Of a stretch of DNA of 64,000 nucleotides, positions 32,301-43,506 are shown one piece after another. The stretch lies in NCBI GenBank assembly GCA_946965045.2, contig OX337231.1, positions 3,038,001 to 3,102,000 on the forward strand. The letters are read 5' to 3'. Within the stretch, counting starts at the first letter, position 1. Each line of letters opens with the position of its first letter. The position numbers and the translations under genes were made by a program. Origin of the DNA: Epithemia pelagica (taxonomy: Eukaryota > Protista > Bacillariophyta). The notes below the pieces were generated by a model. The model made no database searches and had not been told where the DNA came from. It was given only the letters and a program-made list of their open reading frames with translations.

Positions 32301-34434
32301 GTTTATCCCACCAATTCAACGCGAAACAGATTCCTTCATCATGGATCATGCGCTTCGTTTTACATTAAACGACAAGGACTTGAAAATTCTGAATGCGTGC
32401 CGTCTCTATCTAGGAGCAGTTTTAGTGAGCGACATCACGTCTTGTGAAGGGGCACATCTTCTTCTTTCTGCGTATCAAGGTGTTTTATCTACAGAGTCTA
32501 CGATTCGTGGCCTTACTCCGTATCAAGATCGTCCCAATGAAACCTCTTGGGAACTCTGGCGTCGAATGCTCACTGAGAAGGTTCTCTCTACTTCTGACCC
32601 CAATCCTTTAGCTCTGCAAATACCTCTCGGCCGATGGTTTGTCACTGGAACTAAAACGCCACGGAAATGGTCAGCTTATTACTGTCCAAATACAGCAAGA
32701 TTGTTTATCCAAGAATCTCGCAACTACAGGATCTTCAAGAATTTTGCCAATCACTTTGCTCCTACGACCTCTGTGACCCTTCATGTTCCGTCAATCTCTG
32801 TTCCTGTTTCGGTTAAGACACTACCCAATGGCTACAAGACCATCCTTCCGTACAAGTCATTTGTGGTGACTGCTCCGACTCCATTCCCTACCACTCTCAC
32901 CACGTTCATTGAACAATTAACCCCTTGGGAATCTCTTCTTCTCCGCCGATTCAAACTTTTGTGTTCACCTCAAGATCTTTCAACACATTTCTCCCAAGCT
33001 TTACCTATGTTTCTATGCAGCGATGGATCAGCACCATCTTTCCAAGGCTCGTTTGGAGGGCTTTGTTCCACTCCCCACGGACAACTTTTGTTTTCTCTAT
33101 CCGGTCCAGCACCTGGCTACCGTACCTCTTCCTTCAGAGCCGAGAGTTATGGCCTTCTAGCTCTACTTCGGTTTGTGGTTCAAATATGCAACTTCTATAG
33201 TATTGCGCTTTCGACAACTCTCCGATTTTACACCGACTCTCAAAGTTTGGTGGACACAAGCTATCTTCGACTCAAATGGACAGTCGAATATCCATATTCC
33301 ACCATGTCCGCGGATTGGGACATCCAACAATCCATCACATCCACAATCCGCAAATTCGAAACCCCACCTCTCCTTCTCCACGTTAAAGGCCATCAAGACC
33401 GCTTCCAATCCATCGACTCCCTTTCCTTACCCGCCCGATTAAACATCCAAGCCGATGCTCTTGCTGGCCAATATCAGTATCCCTCAGATGTTTCCTCTAC
33501 CATATCCCCACTTATCACCGGCGCAACCGCCAATCTACAACGCCACACTGGCACGATTACCAACAACTACCGCCACACTTTGCGCCGTTTCGCGAGTACG
33601 CCTTTGATTTGTCAATTTATTAAGCAGAAAAACAATTGGACCCAAGACGACTTCGATTCTATCTGTTGGGAGATTCATGGCGCTGTTCTTCGAGCGAACT
33701 TTCCCCACCGTCACTTTCTTACCAAGTTTATTCACAATTGGCTTCCCCTTGGCGCTCTGAAACAGCACTATGCACAACATTACCTATCTGACTGTCCGAA
33801 TTGCACCCATATCCTTGAAGATCGGGTTCACTTTCTACGATGCCCTCACCGTCTCAACTGGACGGGACCTCTCTTCGATGCTCTTTATTCCTTCTGGACC
33901 GACCACAATTTCGATCCTCAGCTCCAACAAATCTTCCAAGAATCCGTCCTTCACTGGATTGCAGACTCAGACCCTGTTTTCCCGAGCATGCCCCTACCGT
34001 ATACCCGTCTAATTACTCAACAAACCAAGATCGGATGGCTTCAAATCTTCCTTGGTCGCTTCACTTGGGATTGGATTCAACTACAAGACGCCTATGTCAA
34101 GACTCAGTCACTTCATCCCATAAAATTTTCTGGTCGTCGCCTTCTGTCAGGCACTATTAAAATTATGTGGCAACATCTCCATGATTTATGGTTACGACGC
34201 AATCTCGACTGCCATGGACATGACTCTGCGTCTCGCGAATCTGCCTCTCTAGCTCAAGCACAACGGGAAGTTGCTCATCTGTACACTCTTCGCTCTTCTC
34301 TTCCTCTTTCTGATCGATTCATGTCCTACGACTCTCTTTCAACACACTTCCGCCAGGAACCACACTCATATCAACTCCAAACCTGGCTGAACACTTGGAG
34401 ACCCTTTATCCTGTCCACGCATCCACCTGGCTGA
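29379..34434 (+). pseudogene. LINE ORF2 C-terminal part: APE end, reverse transcriptase, RNase H, CCHC
   Basis: LLGDFNE, RIDY (APE). SPSG, QYGGVPGR, DATACYDRI, GQGAGNSP, FVDD (RT). CSDGS, RAESYG, YTDSQS, HVKGHQD, NIQADALA (RNase H). CPNC..H...C. One in-frame TAA at 31750-52. Confidence 0.92.
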
Positions 34435-34750
34435 TCATTGTCGGCTAGCTCCTCCCGATTGTTAGTCCTCGCGTTAGGTAGCTACCTAATGCCCGGCGCG
34501 TCGGTCGGCGTTACTCTGCGGGGTGCGTGCGGCAGCGTTATAATAGATCTCCCTTTTTTTTCACGAGTCGACCGTACCCTAGCGGGTAGGCGCGGCAGCA
34601 GCTGGAATAGACTACCCCCACGACCCACGACCACGCACGTTTTCTCTCGATGCATCTGATTCTGATGGATCTCTGTGTCCATTGACGACGACGCTATAAT
34701 ACACAGAGCAACGCAAACACTACAGATAGCATCCAACCTTTTGTATTGTT

Positions 34751-36133
34751 ATGGTTCGACCAGCTATTGTTGCTTGTGCAAGACAGGAGGCATGGTTCCA
34801 CCAACGCACACTGACATTCCGTAGTAGCAATGGTTGTCGCCCTTCTTCTTCTGCTTCTTCTTCTTCGTATTCGGCGAACTTGAGACGTGTTCCATGGGGA
34901 GAACCACCACAAGCGTGGAGAGGCAAGACCTTCTCATTGGAACGTGGTGGAGATTGGTCCGTGTTGCAGCAGCAGCAAAAATCATTCGTTTCGACCTTGA
35001 CGACGGATCGTTCGTCGCCCGACGTGAGTACTCCTACTTCCTCTCCCACGAACAGTCCACAAGGTTCCGACGAGAGGCCCAGCGAGAACCACCCATTCCA
35101 CGAACCAACAGCATCATCTTCCAACCACGAAACCAACGACGACGACGACATGTCCTTGGTCAAGATGGAATTACTGCGTGCCGCCCTCCAGCAAGTTCCC
35201 ACCTACGGTTGGACAAAAGATGCCCTCGTGGCCGCCGTTCCGACGTTGGGAAAAAGCGGAGTATCCCCCAGTGTGGCGGGTCTAGTGACACCCGTCGAAC
35301 TGGTATCCTTTGTCATGGACGACTGGAATCATCGATTGGCCCAGGAATTGGATTTGGAATCCCACAACCATCGCAGGGACGACCCCGCCAACTCGTTTTC
35401 CAATGCCACCGACCCGACGACAACGACGACCGTGGATCGGATTGCCAATGCGTTGCAACGTCGTTTGGAATATCAACAAGAGTTGGTCTCGTGTCGACAA
35501 TGGCATCATGCCATGGCCTTGGGAGTTTCGACACCGCAAACGGCCCTAAAGACCAGCCAACAATTGCAAACTCTGATTCATACCGTCTTGTCCAAAACAA
35601 GTCCATCGTCATCATTATCGTCCTTGTCCCATGTCACCTTGGGCGGTGTCTACGTGGCCACCGAATTGCACATGTTGGCCGATTCATCCCCCAATTATCA
35701 AGACACGTGGAACTTTTTGCGACACCGTGTCCAGGACTGGTATCAATCGGGAACCAGTAGTACTGCTTTCGGTGGGTCGTCGTCTTCTCCCGTGAGCATG
35801 ATTTCAGTGGCAGGAGTAACAGTGTCAGCCGTGGCGTCGGCAGTGGCCAGTGGATTGGCCAGTGTGGTGCATGTTCCAGGAGCAAGCACCACCAATCTAC
35901 CACGCACAACCAATCAAGCAGTCACGTGGGCCATTGTGGCGGCTTCGAGACTGTCGTCGACACCCACGACGACCAACACCCACCGACCGGATGGATCGTC
36001 CCCCAGTCATTACCATGCTCCTCCTCCTCCAACTGCGGCTGCTCCGACAACTGCACACATGCCGCCGCCATCGTCGTCGTCCGGGAATCCCAACAGGACT
36101 GCGAGTACATCTGCACCACCCCCTTCGGCGTGA
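34751..36133 (+). CDS. COQ9: Ubiquinone biosynthesis protein COQ9-like, mitochondrial-type presequence
   Basis: ELLRAALQQVPTYGWTKDAL and LGGVYVATELHMLADSSPNYQDTWNFLRHRV match COQ9 motifs. Arg/Ser-rich N-terminus. Confidence 0.85.
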   Translation: MVRPAIVACARQEAWFHQRTLTFRSSNGCRPSSSASSSSYSANLRRVPWGEPPQAWRGKTFSLERGGDWSVLQQQQKSFVSTLTTDRSSPDVSTPTSSPTNSPQGSDERPSENHPFHEPTASSSNHETNDDDDMSLVKMELLRAALQQVPTYGWTKDALVAAVPTLGKSGVSPSVAGLVTPVELVSFVMDDWNHRLAQELDLESHNHRRDDPANSFSNATDPTTTTTVDRIANALQRRLEYQQELVSCRQWHHAMALGVSTPQTALKTSQQLQTLIHTVLSKTSPSSSLSSLSHVTLGGVYVATELHMLADSSPNYQDTWNFLRHRVQDWYQSGTSSTAFGGSSSSPVSMISVAGVTVSAVASAVASGLASVVHVPGASTTNLPRTTNQAVTWAIVAASRLSSTPTTTNTHRPDGSSPSHYHAPPPPTAAAPTTAHMPPPSSSSGNPNRTASTSAPPPSA

Positions 36134-36442
36134 ATTTGGGAAACCACCCAACAGAGAATTGGAATGGCGCGTTCCAAATAGGAGATCTGGAACAAAACAC
36201 ACGCGCACACACACACACCACAAGTCCCAAGACGAGTGTGTAGTGCCCTCTCGCCAACCGATCAATGGAAGAATGAGACGCACACACATACACATCTGAT
36301 CGAGTTGGCTTGTAGGCAGAATTGTTTCTAGAATACAGACAATGGATGCAATCATCCCAAAACTAAGCTTCTAGTTTTCTTGTGTTATAACAGTACACGC
36401 GTTGGTTGCTCCTGTGTAATGGTTTTTCGTCCTTCCTCTGAC

Positions 36443-39400
36443 TTAAACGACGAGTAAAAAGTATTCCTTGGCGGCCGTTTGTGGAAGAGAGGATGAGATT
36501 GTGGTCAATGCCTTGGTGGTGCTCGTGCTGCTGGTGGATGACCCTCCCTCGGAGGGTGGCAACACTACCACGGGCTCTCGTTCGGGTTGTTGTTTGGTTG
36601 CGTGCCGAGACGGTGGACGTTGCTTGTGACTGGTCGTGCTCGAAGTATTGCTGCCACGGGTCGACTTGGAATCGCTCGTTTTCTGGTTGGTGCTGGCAGT
36701 GTCCTTGGTCTTGTGGGTGACAGTCTTGCTGTCGTCATTGTTGGTAGACCGCTTGCCTTGTTGTTGTTGTTTGCGGGGTGGCTTCTTTTTGGCTACGGAT
36801 TCGGACGGTTCCGAACCACAGGACTCGTCTTCTTCTTCTTCTTCTTCTTCGTCCAGGAGGCCCAAACTGCCCGTCAATCGAAGTCGCACGTCGACACCGA
36901 CATCCAACAGGGTGGCAACCAAGGCTCCCTTGTCCAAGGACAAGGACGACGAAGAAGAGCGCGGTCGTTTTCGAGTGGGACGACGGGCTGTTGCGACATG
37001 GCTGGTCGCGTCCATGGGACCTGCCGCCCCAGTGGAGAGGGGCTCTGACAGGGTGGGCGAGGCCGGTCGACTGGACCCCGTGTCACTCACGGTACTACTG
37101 AACCGACGGATCGTACTACTGGCCCGTGGTTGCGGCAGTGGCAGATCGGGTCCGAGAATATCCCATTCTTCCTTGTCGGCATCCAAGGTCCGTTTCATGG
37201 CCCGAGCCTTGCAGGGAATGCAAAAACTCGAACTGATATCCAATTCCTGGCCCAAGTCTTCCTCCACCAACCGGTACTTGGGTCGGCCCTGCGCCTTGGG
37301 TTTTTCCGGTCCAAAGGTGCCGTCGGGAATCATGGGGGCCAAATGACACCAGCGTAAATCGGGAATAAAGGTCACCACGTACCAATACTGATGGGCGCGG
37401 GGATTGACGTCCACCACCAACGTGTCGTCGTCCGTATTGTTTTCACCACCACCACTATTGAGTGCGGAGGCATCGACGCGGACCACCATATTGAACAAGT
37501 TTTCGGGTGTTTCCATGGACGAGAGAGACTGGGACCGACTCGTCGTGCACGTGGTCTTGGGCATGCTGCTGCTACGAATGGGTGGTTGGGGTGTGGTATA
37601 GAGCGACAGAGCCGTTGTTGTGGTTGTAGTAGGTGCCTGAGATCGACTGGAAGACAATGGTTGTGATTGTGTTGATGGTGATTGTTCCAGTCGCAGTCGC
37701 GAGGCGTGTTGACAAAAGGCAATTTTGGTGGAAGTGGCCAAGTACCTCCAAGCCGACTGGATCATGTCGGTTGCATGAGCCGGCGTGGGGGCCCGTTGCA
37801 ACAAGGCCGTCTGTGTGGAAGAAAAGTTTTGCGCAAACAAGTCATAGGCTGTCGTCGTCGTCATGGTGGCAGACGATTGGGATGGTGGCACTGGGACCAG
37901 GGCAGTCGAGGAGGACACCAACGACGAGTCGGGCGTATCGGACGACGACACGGCCTCGGGATTTTGGGATTTGGGGTGGAGTTTGCTGGATGGTTTGGTG
38001 GACGACACCAAGCCATGTTGTTCGACAAAGTGGGGGACATGCCAGACCAAATGATTGGGTGGCGGTGTGTAGGGTTGAATCTCGACGGCCAATCCTTGTC
38101 GAATGGGTCGATCCGAGGCGGATGGTCTCTTTTTGTTGGATTTGTGGTGGTTGTTCTCAAACAGGGCCCGGGCCATCATGTAGGACGGTTCACCGCGTTC
38201 AAAATGGTCGTCGTCGGGAAAGGACCAATGGGCATAGGGGACATAGGCCAGGTCGGGCGCGGTCAAATTGGAAATGCGCACCTGGGTGCCCTGTTTGAGT
38301 CGCGAATGGGCCAAGAGACCCTGCAATCGATGCTTGTTGGCATGGACGACGGCCGTACAATCCAAGTTATGGAGCTTGGCAATGGATCGCGGTGTATCGT
38401 TTTCTTTGCACACGTGCCATTGCGTTTGGTGTGTTGTTGTCGTCGTTGTCGTCGTTGTTGTACTGTTCCGTCGGGGCGACGACTGTACGGAATGCCGCGT
38501 GGTGCGCAAACTTTCGGGATCGGGATGGGGAATCCGCAACCACGTGCCCCGTTTCAATTTACTGGACGGTGCCAAATCGGGCAAATGGCCGTGATTGAGA
38601 AAGACAACATCCCACACCGACACTTTGAACTTTTTGCTAATGGCGGCCAGGGCTTCGCCCGCCTTGGTGACTTGGTAGTGTTGCACCTTGCTCATGACCA
38701 TGTGGTCCGGCAAGGCCAAGGGATGTGGTGGGTCATCGTCGTCATTGTCGTCTTGTTGTGATTGTTGTTTGGAGGTTTTTGGGGTTTCGTCATGATCGGA
38801 TTGCGAGGATTGTTTGGCAGGGGATGGTCGTCCTTTGGAGGGTTTGCCCTTGTTGTTGTTGTTGGCTTTGGTCTTATTCTTTTTGCTCTTCTTGTTGTTG
38901 TTTTTGCGTCGCGGTGCCCGCTGGGTATCCTCGTCGTCTTGTTCGTCGTCGTCTGGTTCGATTCGTTCGGTAATGGCGCCGACACGACAAAAGCCTTGGG
39001 CTTCGTAAAAGGCAATGGAATTGTGCGTGGCTTGCAATACCACATAATCGTACTGGGCCTGACGCGTCGCCGCCAGGCGTTGCAAATCCTCCAGGACCAA
39101 TTCCACCAACAAGCGGCCACAGCCCAAGCCGCCCAAGAGGGAAATTTCGGCAAGACGGGGCCAGACAATGCCTTCTTCCCAGACATTGCCGGCCCGGACC
39201 GTCGCTTGCAAGTCGCGGGCCAAGGCACCCGTCGAATCCACGACGCGACCGGACGAATCATCATGGTCATGGTCGTCGTCGCCGCAAAAGGCGGCTTCGT
39301 GCAGAGAATCCCAGCGAAAGGAGCGTTCGTAATTGGTAAAGGTGGTGACCGTCACAAAGCCCTGCAAGCGACCCTCGTGACGGACCAAGTAGCCCCACAG

Positions 39401-39772
39401 GGGTTCATCCACATCCAACCGGTCGGCCAAGTATTCCAGAGAGAGTGGTTTGCTGCCATCGGGAGCGTAATGGTTGGAATGGTGGGATGCGTTCTTCTTC
39501 TTCTTGTTCGTCTTGTTGTTGGTGTGGCGGCTGTCGTCGTCCTTGGATGGTTCTGGTTGTTCTTGCTGTTGTTGCGCATGCCGTCGGTGTCGTCGCCGGA
39601 CGGCTTCTTTGCAGACGAGGAGCATTTCTCCCATGCATCGTTGAAAGTCTTCGCGATTCGTGACATGTTCAATCGTCGATCCTTGCAAATCGGGATACTG
39701 CGCGGCCGGAATGTCGGCAAAGGAATACCGGGGTTGCGGCAAGGGCGGCAAGGCAAACCGCGTCGCGTTCAT
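36443..39772 (-). CDS. GNAT acetyltransferase with two LysM repeats and an HMG-box-like segment
   Basis: GNAT LGGLGCGRLLV...VVLQATHNSIAFYEAQGF. LysM 38528-38680 and 38270-38419. HMG-like TAYDLFAQ...WRYLATSTKIAFCQHA at 37684-37852. Confidence 0.75.
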   Translation of the reverse strand: MNATRFALPPLPQPRYSFADIPAAQYPDLQGSTIEHVTNREDFQRCMGEMLLVCKEAVRRRHRRHAQQQQEQPEPSKDDDSRHTNNKTNKKKKNASHHSNHYAPDGSKPLSLEYLADRLDVDEPLWGYLVRHEGRLQGFVTVTTFTNYERSFRWDSLHEAAFCGDDDHDHDDSSGRVVDSTGALARDLQATVRAGNVWEEGIVWPRLAEISLLGGLGCGRLLVELVLEDLQRLAATRQAQYDYVVLQATHNSIAFYEAQGFCRVGAITERIEPDDDEQDDEDTQRAPRRKNNNKKSKKNKTKANNNNKGKPSKGRPSPAKQSSQSDHDETPKTSKQQSQQDDNDDDDPPHPLALPDHMVMSKVQHYQVTKAGEALAAISKKFKVSVWDVVFLNHGHLPDLAPSSKLKRGTWLRIPHPDPESLRTTRHSVQSSPRRNSTTTTTTTTTTHQTQWHVCKENDTPRSIAKLHNLDCTAVVHANKHRLQGLLAHSRLKQGTQVRISNLTAPDLAYVPYAHWSFPDDDHFERGEPSYMMARALFENNHHKSNKKRPSASDRPIRQGLAVEIQPYTPPPNHLVWHVPHFVEQHGLVSSTKPSSKLHPKSQNPEAVSSSDTPDSSLVSSSTALVPVPPSQSSATMTTTTAYDLFAQNFSSTQTALLQRAPTPAHATDMIQSAWRYLATSTKIAFCQHASRLRLEQSPSTQSQPLSSSRSQAPTTTTTTALSLYTTPQPPIRSSSMPKTTCTTSRSQSLSSMETPENLFNMVVRVDASALNSGGGENNTDDDTLVVDVNPRAHQYWYVVTFIPDLRWCHLAPMIPDGTFGPEKPKAQGRPKYRLVEEDLGQELDISSSFCIPCKARAMKRTLDADKEEWDILGPDLPLPQPRASSTIRRFSSTVSDTGSSRPASPTLSEPLSTGAAGPMDATSHVATARRPTRKRPRSSSSSLSLDKGALVATLLDVGVDVRLRLTGSLGLLDEEEEEEEDESCGSEPSESVAKKKPPRKQQQQGKRSTNNDDSKTVTHKTKDTASTNQKTSDSKSTRGSNTSSTTSHKQRPPSRHATKQQPEREPVVVLPPSEGGSSTSSTSTTKALTTISSSLPQTAAKEYFLLVV

Positions 39773-40307
39773 AATGAAGTGTGGTGGTTGTGATTGAAGT
39801 AGGAGGAGTCGAGTGGGAGAGTGTTGTGTGTTGGTGTGAATTGTTGTTGTTGTTGCTGCTGTGTTGTTCAGGTCCAGATCAGATCGTTCCTATTCTGTTG
39901 GGTTGTTTTTGTTGTGGGTGTTGCTCTAGTGTCTGTTGGAGTTTGAAATGGAACGAGAATCCAATCTTTTCGACGTCGTCCTTGTCTCGCGCGTTTGGTT
40001 GTTTGAGTTGCACCTCACGCGGAGTTGAAATTTGGAGGGTGTGCGCCCAAATTCAAATGGCCAGCCAGCCATCTGTCTGGCGGGCGGGCGGGCGATCCCA
40101 TGCGCGCCACAAACAATTCATATCGAGCCCAGAACTCGTGCCATGCCGGCGACACTGCGCAAGTCTCGTTCGCGCACGTCGAACCACACAAACACTCAAA
40201 CCAACAAACCGTTGTTGGCATGCAAAATAAAGACAAGTCACACACTCATCATCCTGGATCTTCATGCTAATTGGACTTTACGCAGTCTCTCGGATCGATT
40301 CATCATC

Positions 40308-41636
40308 ATGGCATGTCATCCTCCACCCTCCTACCAAGGAGGACAAGCACCCGAACCGGAGAAGCTGTCCAACAACCACACGTCCTGTGAGCAAGAATCC
40401 ACCCATTATACTTCTCCAGCGCGGCCGCCGTTGCACTCCGTCGTGGCCGCCGTGTGTCGTCGACTGGACGACGATCCGGCAGCAGCCTCAAGGACAACAA
40501 GGCCTCTGGCGGCTCGGGTCCAGGACTTGGTTCAAACCGGTCTCTTGATTCCCTATCGACAACTTGGAATTCACAAGGACAATGACAACCAGAAGGACGT
40601 TTGGTTGTACCGGATTCAATGTCAAGTCCTGGTCCGACTCGTGTTGTGGAACTATTTTTCTCCGTCACGGCGGCAGTCTGCGACCTCGGACTATACCACG
40701 ACACTGTCGCAGCTCGATGCCCCCGTTCCGTTCCCCAGCCGTGACGGCACCAACACCAAGACCACCAAACCATTCTTGAAACGACGAAAATTACCCAAGT
40801 CCATGAGTGCTGCGGCGTCCCACACCCAACACACTCCTGCTGTTTCCACCGCCACGACGACGACGACAAGGGTTTTTTGGAAGCACAATCTAACGGCACT
40901 CTTGTCCTTGGCCTCCTTTTCCTTGCCACCCACCACCTCCATGGCCGACTTTGTCAAACAAACCTTGCAGTTGCAACCGTGGGGGGAATCCACCGAAATG
41001 CAAACCAACAACGACCACACCCAAACCAACCACAAGCCATGGACTCGGTACACCCAACCCTACCTCGTGCCGCTCTTGCAGTACATGGAAATTGACGACG
41101 TGTCGCGTCCTCCATCCGACCTGGCCCCCACGACAAGCAGTCGTCGAACTGGTTCCTCGAAGAACAAGAACAGTCACAAGACAGACAAGGAAAACACAGT
41201 CCCCCAGAAACCGAATACCACCAACAAGAAGAAGAAGAAGAAGACACGACAACCACCATGCTTGTTGCGGTCCAGTCTTCAACAACAACAACAACAAACC
41301 GCCGCCCTCCTGAAAACAACGACCCTGCGGAGTCGGTATCAATCATATGCGCAACCCTCGTCGCAAGTCCTGGTACCCCGTCCTTCAATTACACCCATTC
41401 TCACAAAAACAAACTCTGCAACAACAACGACCACCCGGAACAGGACCACAACCAACAAAACAGACCGACCAGTGCCCCGCACTCCGCCACCCCACCACCG
41501 TCCACCACCACCACGACGATCGTCCTCGCTCTGTGTCCAAGAAACACCCGAAAAAGTCACCACGAGCAGCAGCAGCCGCATGTCGTTACGGACCTACCAC
41601 CACAACACCAACACCAAGAAGCGTCGCATCTTGTAG
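40308..41636 (+). CDS. Hypothetical protein, Thr/Ser/Lys-rich low complexity
   Basis: Long ORF (first plausible ATG 40308) divergent from the GNAT gene. No recognisable domain. Confidence 0.6.
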   Translation: MACHPPPSYQGGQAPEPEKLSNNHTSCEQESTHYTSPARPPLHSVVAAVCRRLDDDPAAASRTTRPLAARVQDLVQTGLLIPYRQLGIHKDNDNQKDVWLYRIQCQVLVRLVLWNYFSPSRRQSATSDYTTTLSQLDAPVPFPSRDGTNTKTTKPFLKRRKLPKSMSAAASHTQHTPAVSTATTTTTRVFWKHNLTALLSLASFSLPPTTSMADFVKQTLQLQPWGESTEMQTNNDHTQTNHKPWTRYTQPYLVPLLQYMEIDDVSRPPSDLAPTTSSRRTGSSKNKNSHKTDKENTVPQKPNTTNKKKKKKTRQPPCLLRSSLQQQQQQTAALLKTTTLRSRYQSYAQPSSQVLVPRPSITPILTKTNSATTTTTRNRTTTNKTDRPVPRTPPPHHRPPPPRRSSSLCVQETPEKVTTSSSSRMSLRTYHHNTNTKKRRIL

Positions 41637-41780
41637 TAGGACGCTCCCCAACAACAAGACACGAACAAAACTCTCCCTGGCAGTTGCGGAGAAGAGAGGC
41701 CAAACTCTCCCTGGCAGTTGCTCTGGGAACCAACAAGAGAAGAGAGGCCTTGGCCCTCCTCCTTGTTCGGTCCACACGCT

Positions 41781-42033
41781 TTGGTGTCCCTCATTGGTTG
41801 CAATGAATAGGGGCACGAACGACGACATCTATTAGGAGTGTATCTAGCTAGGAGTGAGAAAATCTATGAAATGCCTACTTCACTGGCACTCTATGCTGAG
41901 GGTACCTCTGTGTCGTGGAGAAAGACGCACAGTCTGGTGGATGATAGGGACCATTATAGAGAGAAAGAAAGAGAGACGCCATGTGGTCGGGATTCCGACT
42001 CTCCAAAACAAACTCGAACAAGGTACTTGGTTG
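41781..42033 (+). repeat. Dispersed repeat, copy 2 (homologous to the reverse complement of 17075-17357)
   Basis: Core 41785-41855 is nearly identical to 17284-17354 and includes a TCATTG/CAATGA hairpin. Confidence 0.85.
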
Positions 42034-42379
42034 GGGTGCTACGTGGGGGCCTGATACAAGAGACACTTGGTTGAAGTTCTATAGTTCTACCTGCATATCC
42101 GTACCATCCATGTTTTCCAACGAGTGACCACAACCAAACATACACAACTCTATGTGGTGCTGTTCCAAAGACACTGTGAACACTACTAGATATGGATCAT
42201 GCAGTTCGTATTACGTTATTCGTTTAATTACTTTATGTTCCTTCCATCCGTGCTGATTCTTTCCGTTTCGTATGGATCAGGTCGTAGTGGGACCTTGCCA
42301 TATCCAACGATCAAACCATTGAGTGCCCACGTTCGATACAAACAAGCCCGTACTTTCATGACAACAAGCCTCACCAAGG

Positions 42380-43506
42380 TCAGCAATACTTTCTCATACT
42401 GTGAATCTTGTTCTTGTGTACGATTGGGGTCTTGCCGGTGGTGGTTTGGCGGGTGCCTTGCCGAGAGCCATTAAACGAACAAAGCACGCCGAGTTCTTGT
42501 CCACAAGTGACAGTGTTTCCCCCGAATCCCGAATCCTCCATATCATAGTCCATCACAAAAATGCCAGTGGAAAGGACCGCAATACTACAAACACTCCGTC
42601 CGACTGCCATGTCTGGCAAGTGCCACATAGTGTTGCGCTGCGTGTCCAGAACTTCCACGGAACGCATTGTTCCGCTTCCACTGCCTTGCCCTCCGACTAC
42701 CACAAGACAAGATCCCACTCGGACCGTACCGCGGCCACACCGACGATTGCCAAGAACAAGATCCTTGTGGATCTTCCAGGTCGTTGTGGTCAACGTGGGC
42801 AAAGATGAGCCTTGTGGGGGTTCTTGAAACCAGTCATCAAAGTCCAGGTACTCCACCGAACTCAGGTACCCCTCTTTCCCCCTCCCTCCAACAATGTAGG
42901 CCCGGATATGACATTACATTGGCTACCGAGTGATGTATCAATAACATCCACGTATGAGAGATAATTCATGCCGTATGCACCAGCCACAACAATGAATCTT
43001 TCCTGGACAACAGCAGCGGTGCGTGTACACTGTTTGATCGACAAACGACAATCTAACGTCGTCCAATGATTGTTGCCATGGATCGCGACTGACTGACGGA
43101 GCAAATCTCCAACATCAATTCGTTCAATCGTATCCAACCATTCGGTCGAGGAGTATTTGCCCCTGATTCCGCCCATGGCGTACAGAGCGCCGTTGCATAC
43201 CACGGCGGCATGCAAATATCGGTTTTGGTTCATAGATGGTCCTTCGCGCCACGATGGATGATTGTGTTCAACATTCAAAAGAAGAACCGAATTTGTTGGA
43301 TGGGAATGTGCCCTCTGTCCTCCCACTACGACCACAATCTTCCCCTGGCTCTTGTCGGGGTGATTCACAACCACCGATGCGGGTCCTGTGCGCCAACCAC
43401 CCAACAGTGGAGGCCATTCAGCGTCCTGCCATTCTGGTTCTATTCGAGTGTCTGCGCTGTAAGCAAAATCCAGTCCGGCTAGCTGTGCTTGTTGGCGGAC
43501 GCTCAT
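42380..43506 (-). pseudogene. Kelch-repeat protein, frameshifted
   Basis: Kelch motifs VVVVGG, WREGPSMNQNRYLHAAVVCNGALYAMGG, SVEVLD..W.LPDM. The frame breaks near 42862-42890 where the expected blade segment is missing (GPTLLE..GYLSSVEYLD in a different frame). Confidence 0.65.

Larger units (their letters stand above)
19181..34561 (+). mobile_element. 5'-truncated non-LTR retrotransposon (APE-RT-RNaseH, Ambal-like), interrupted by a copia element
   Basis: 18-bp direct repeat cacgagtcgaccgtaccc at 19163-19180 and 34562-34579 (TSD). ORF1 remnant plus ORF2 with APE, RT, RNase H and a CCHC motif. Ends in T8. Confidence 0.9.

Noticed and set aside
41668-41750. 20-bp direct repeat aaactctccctggcagttgc
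   Set aside because: Two adjacent copies only. A local slippage duplication, not a CRISPR-like array.
34764-41835. Many long overlapping antisense and alternative-frame ORFs
   Set aside because: Shadows of GC-rich, low-complexity coding sequence (acg/gtc/caa repeats) with no domain signal.
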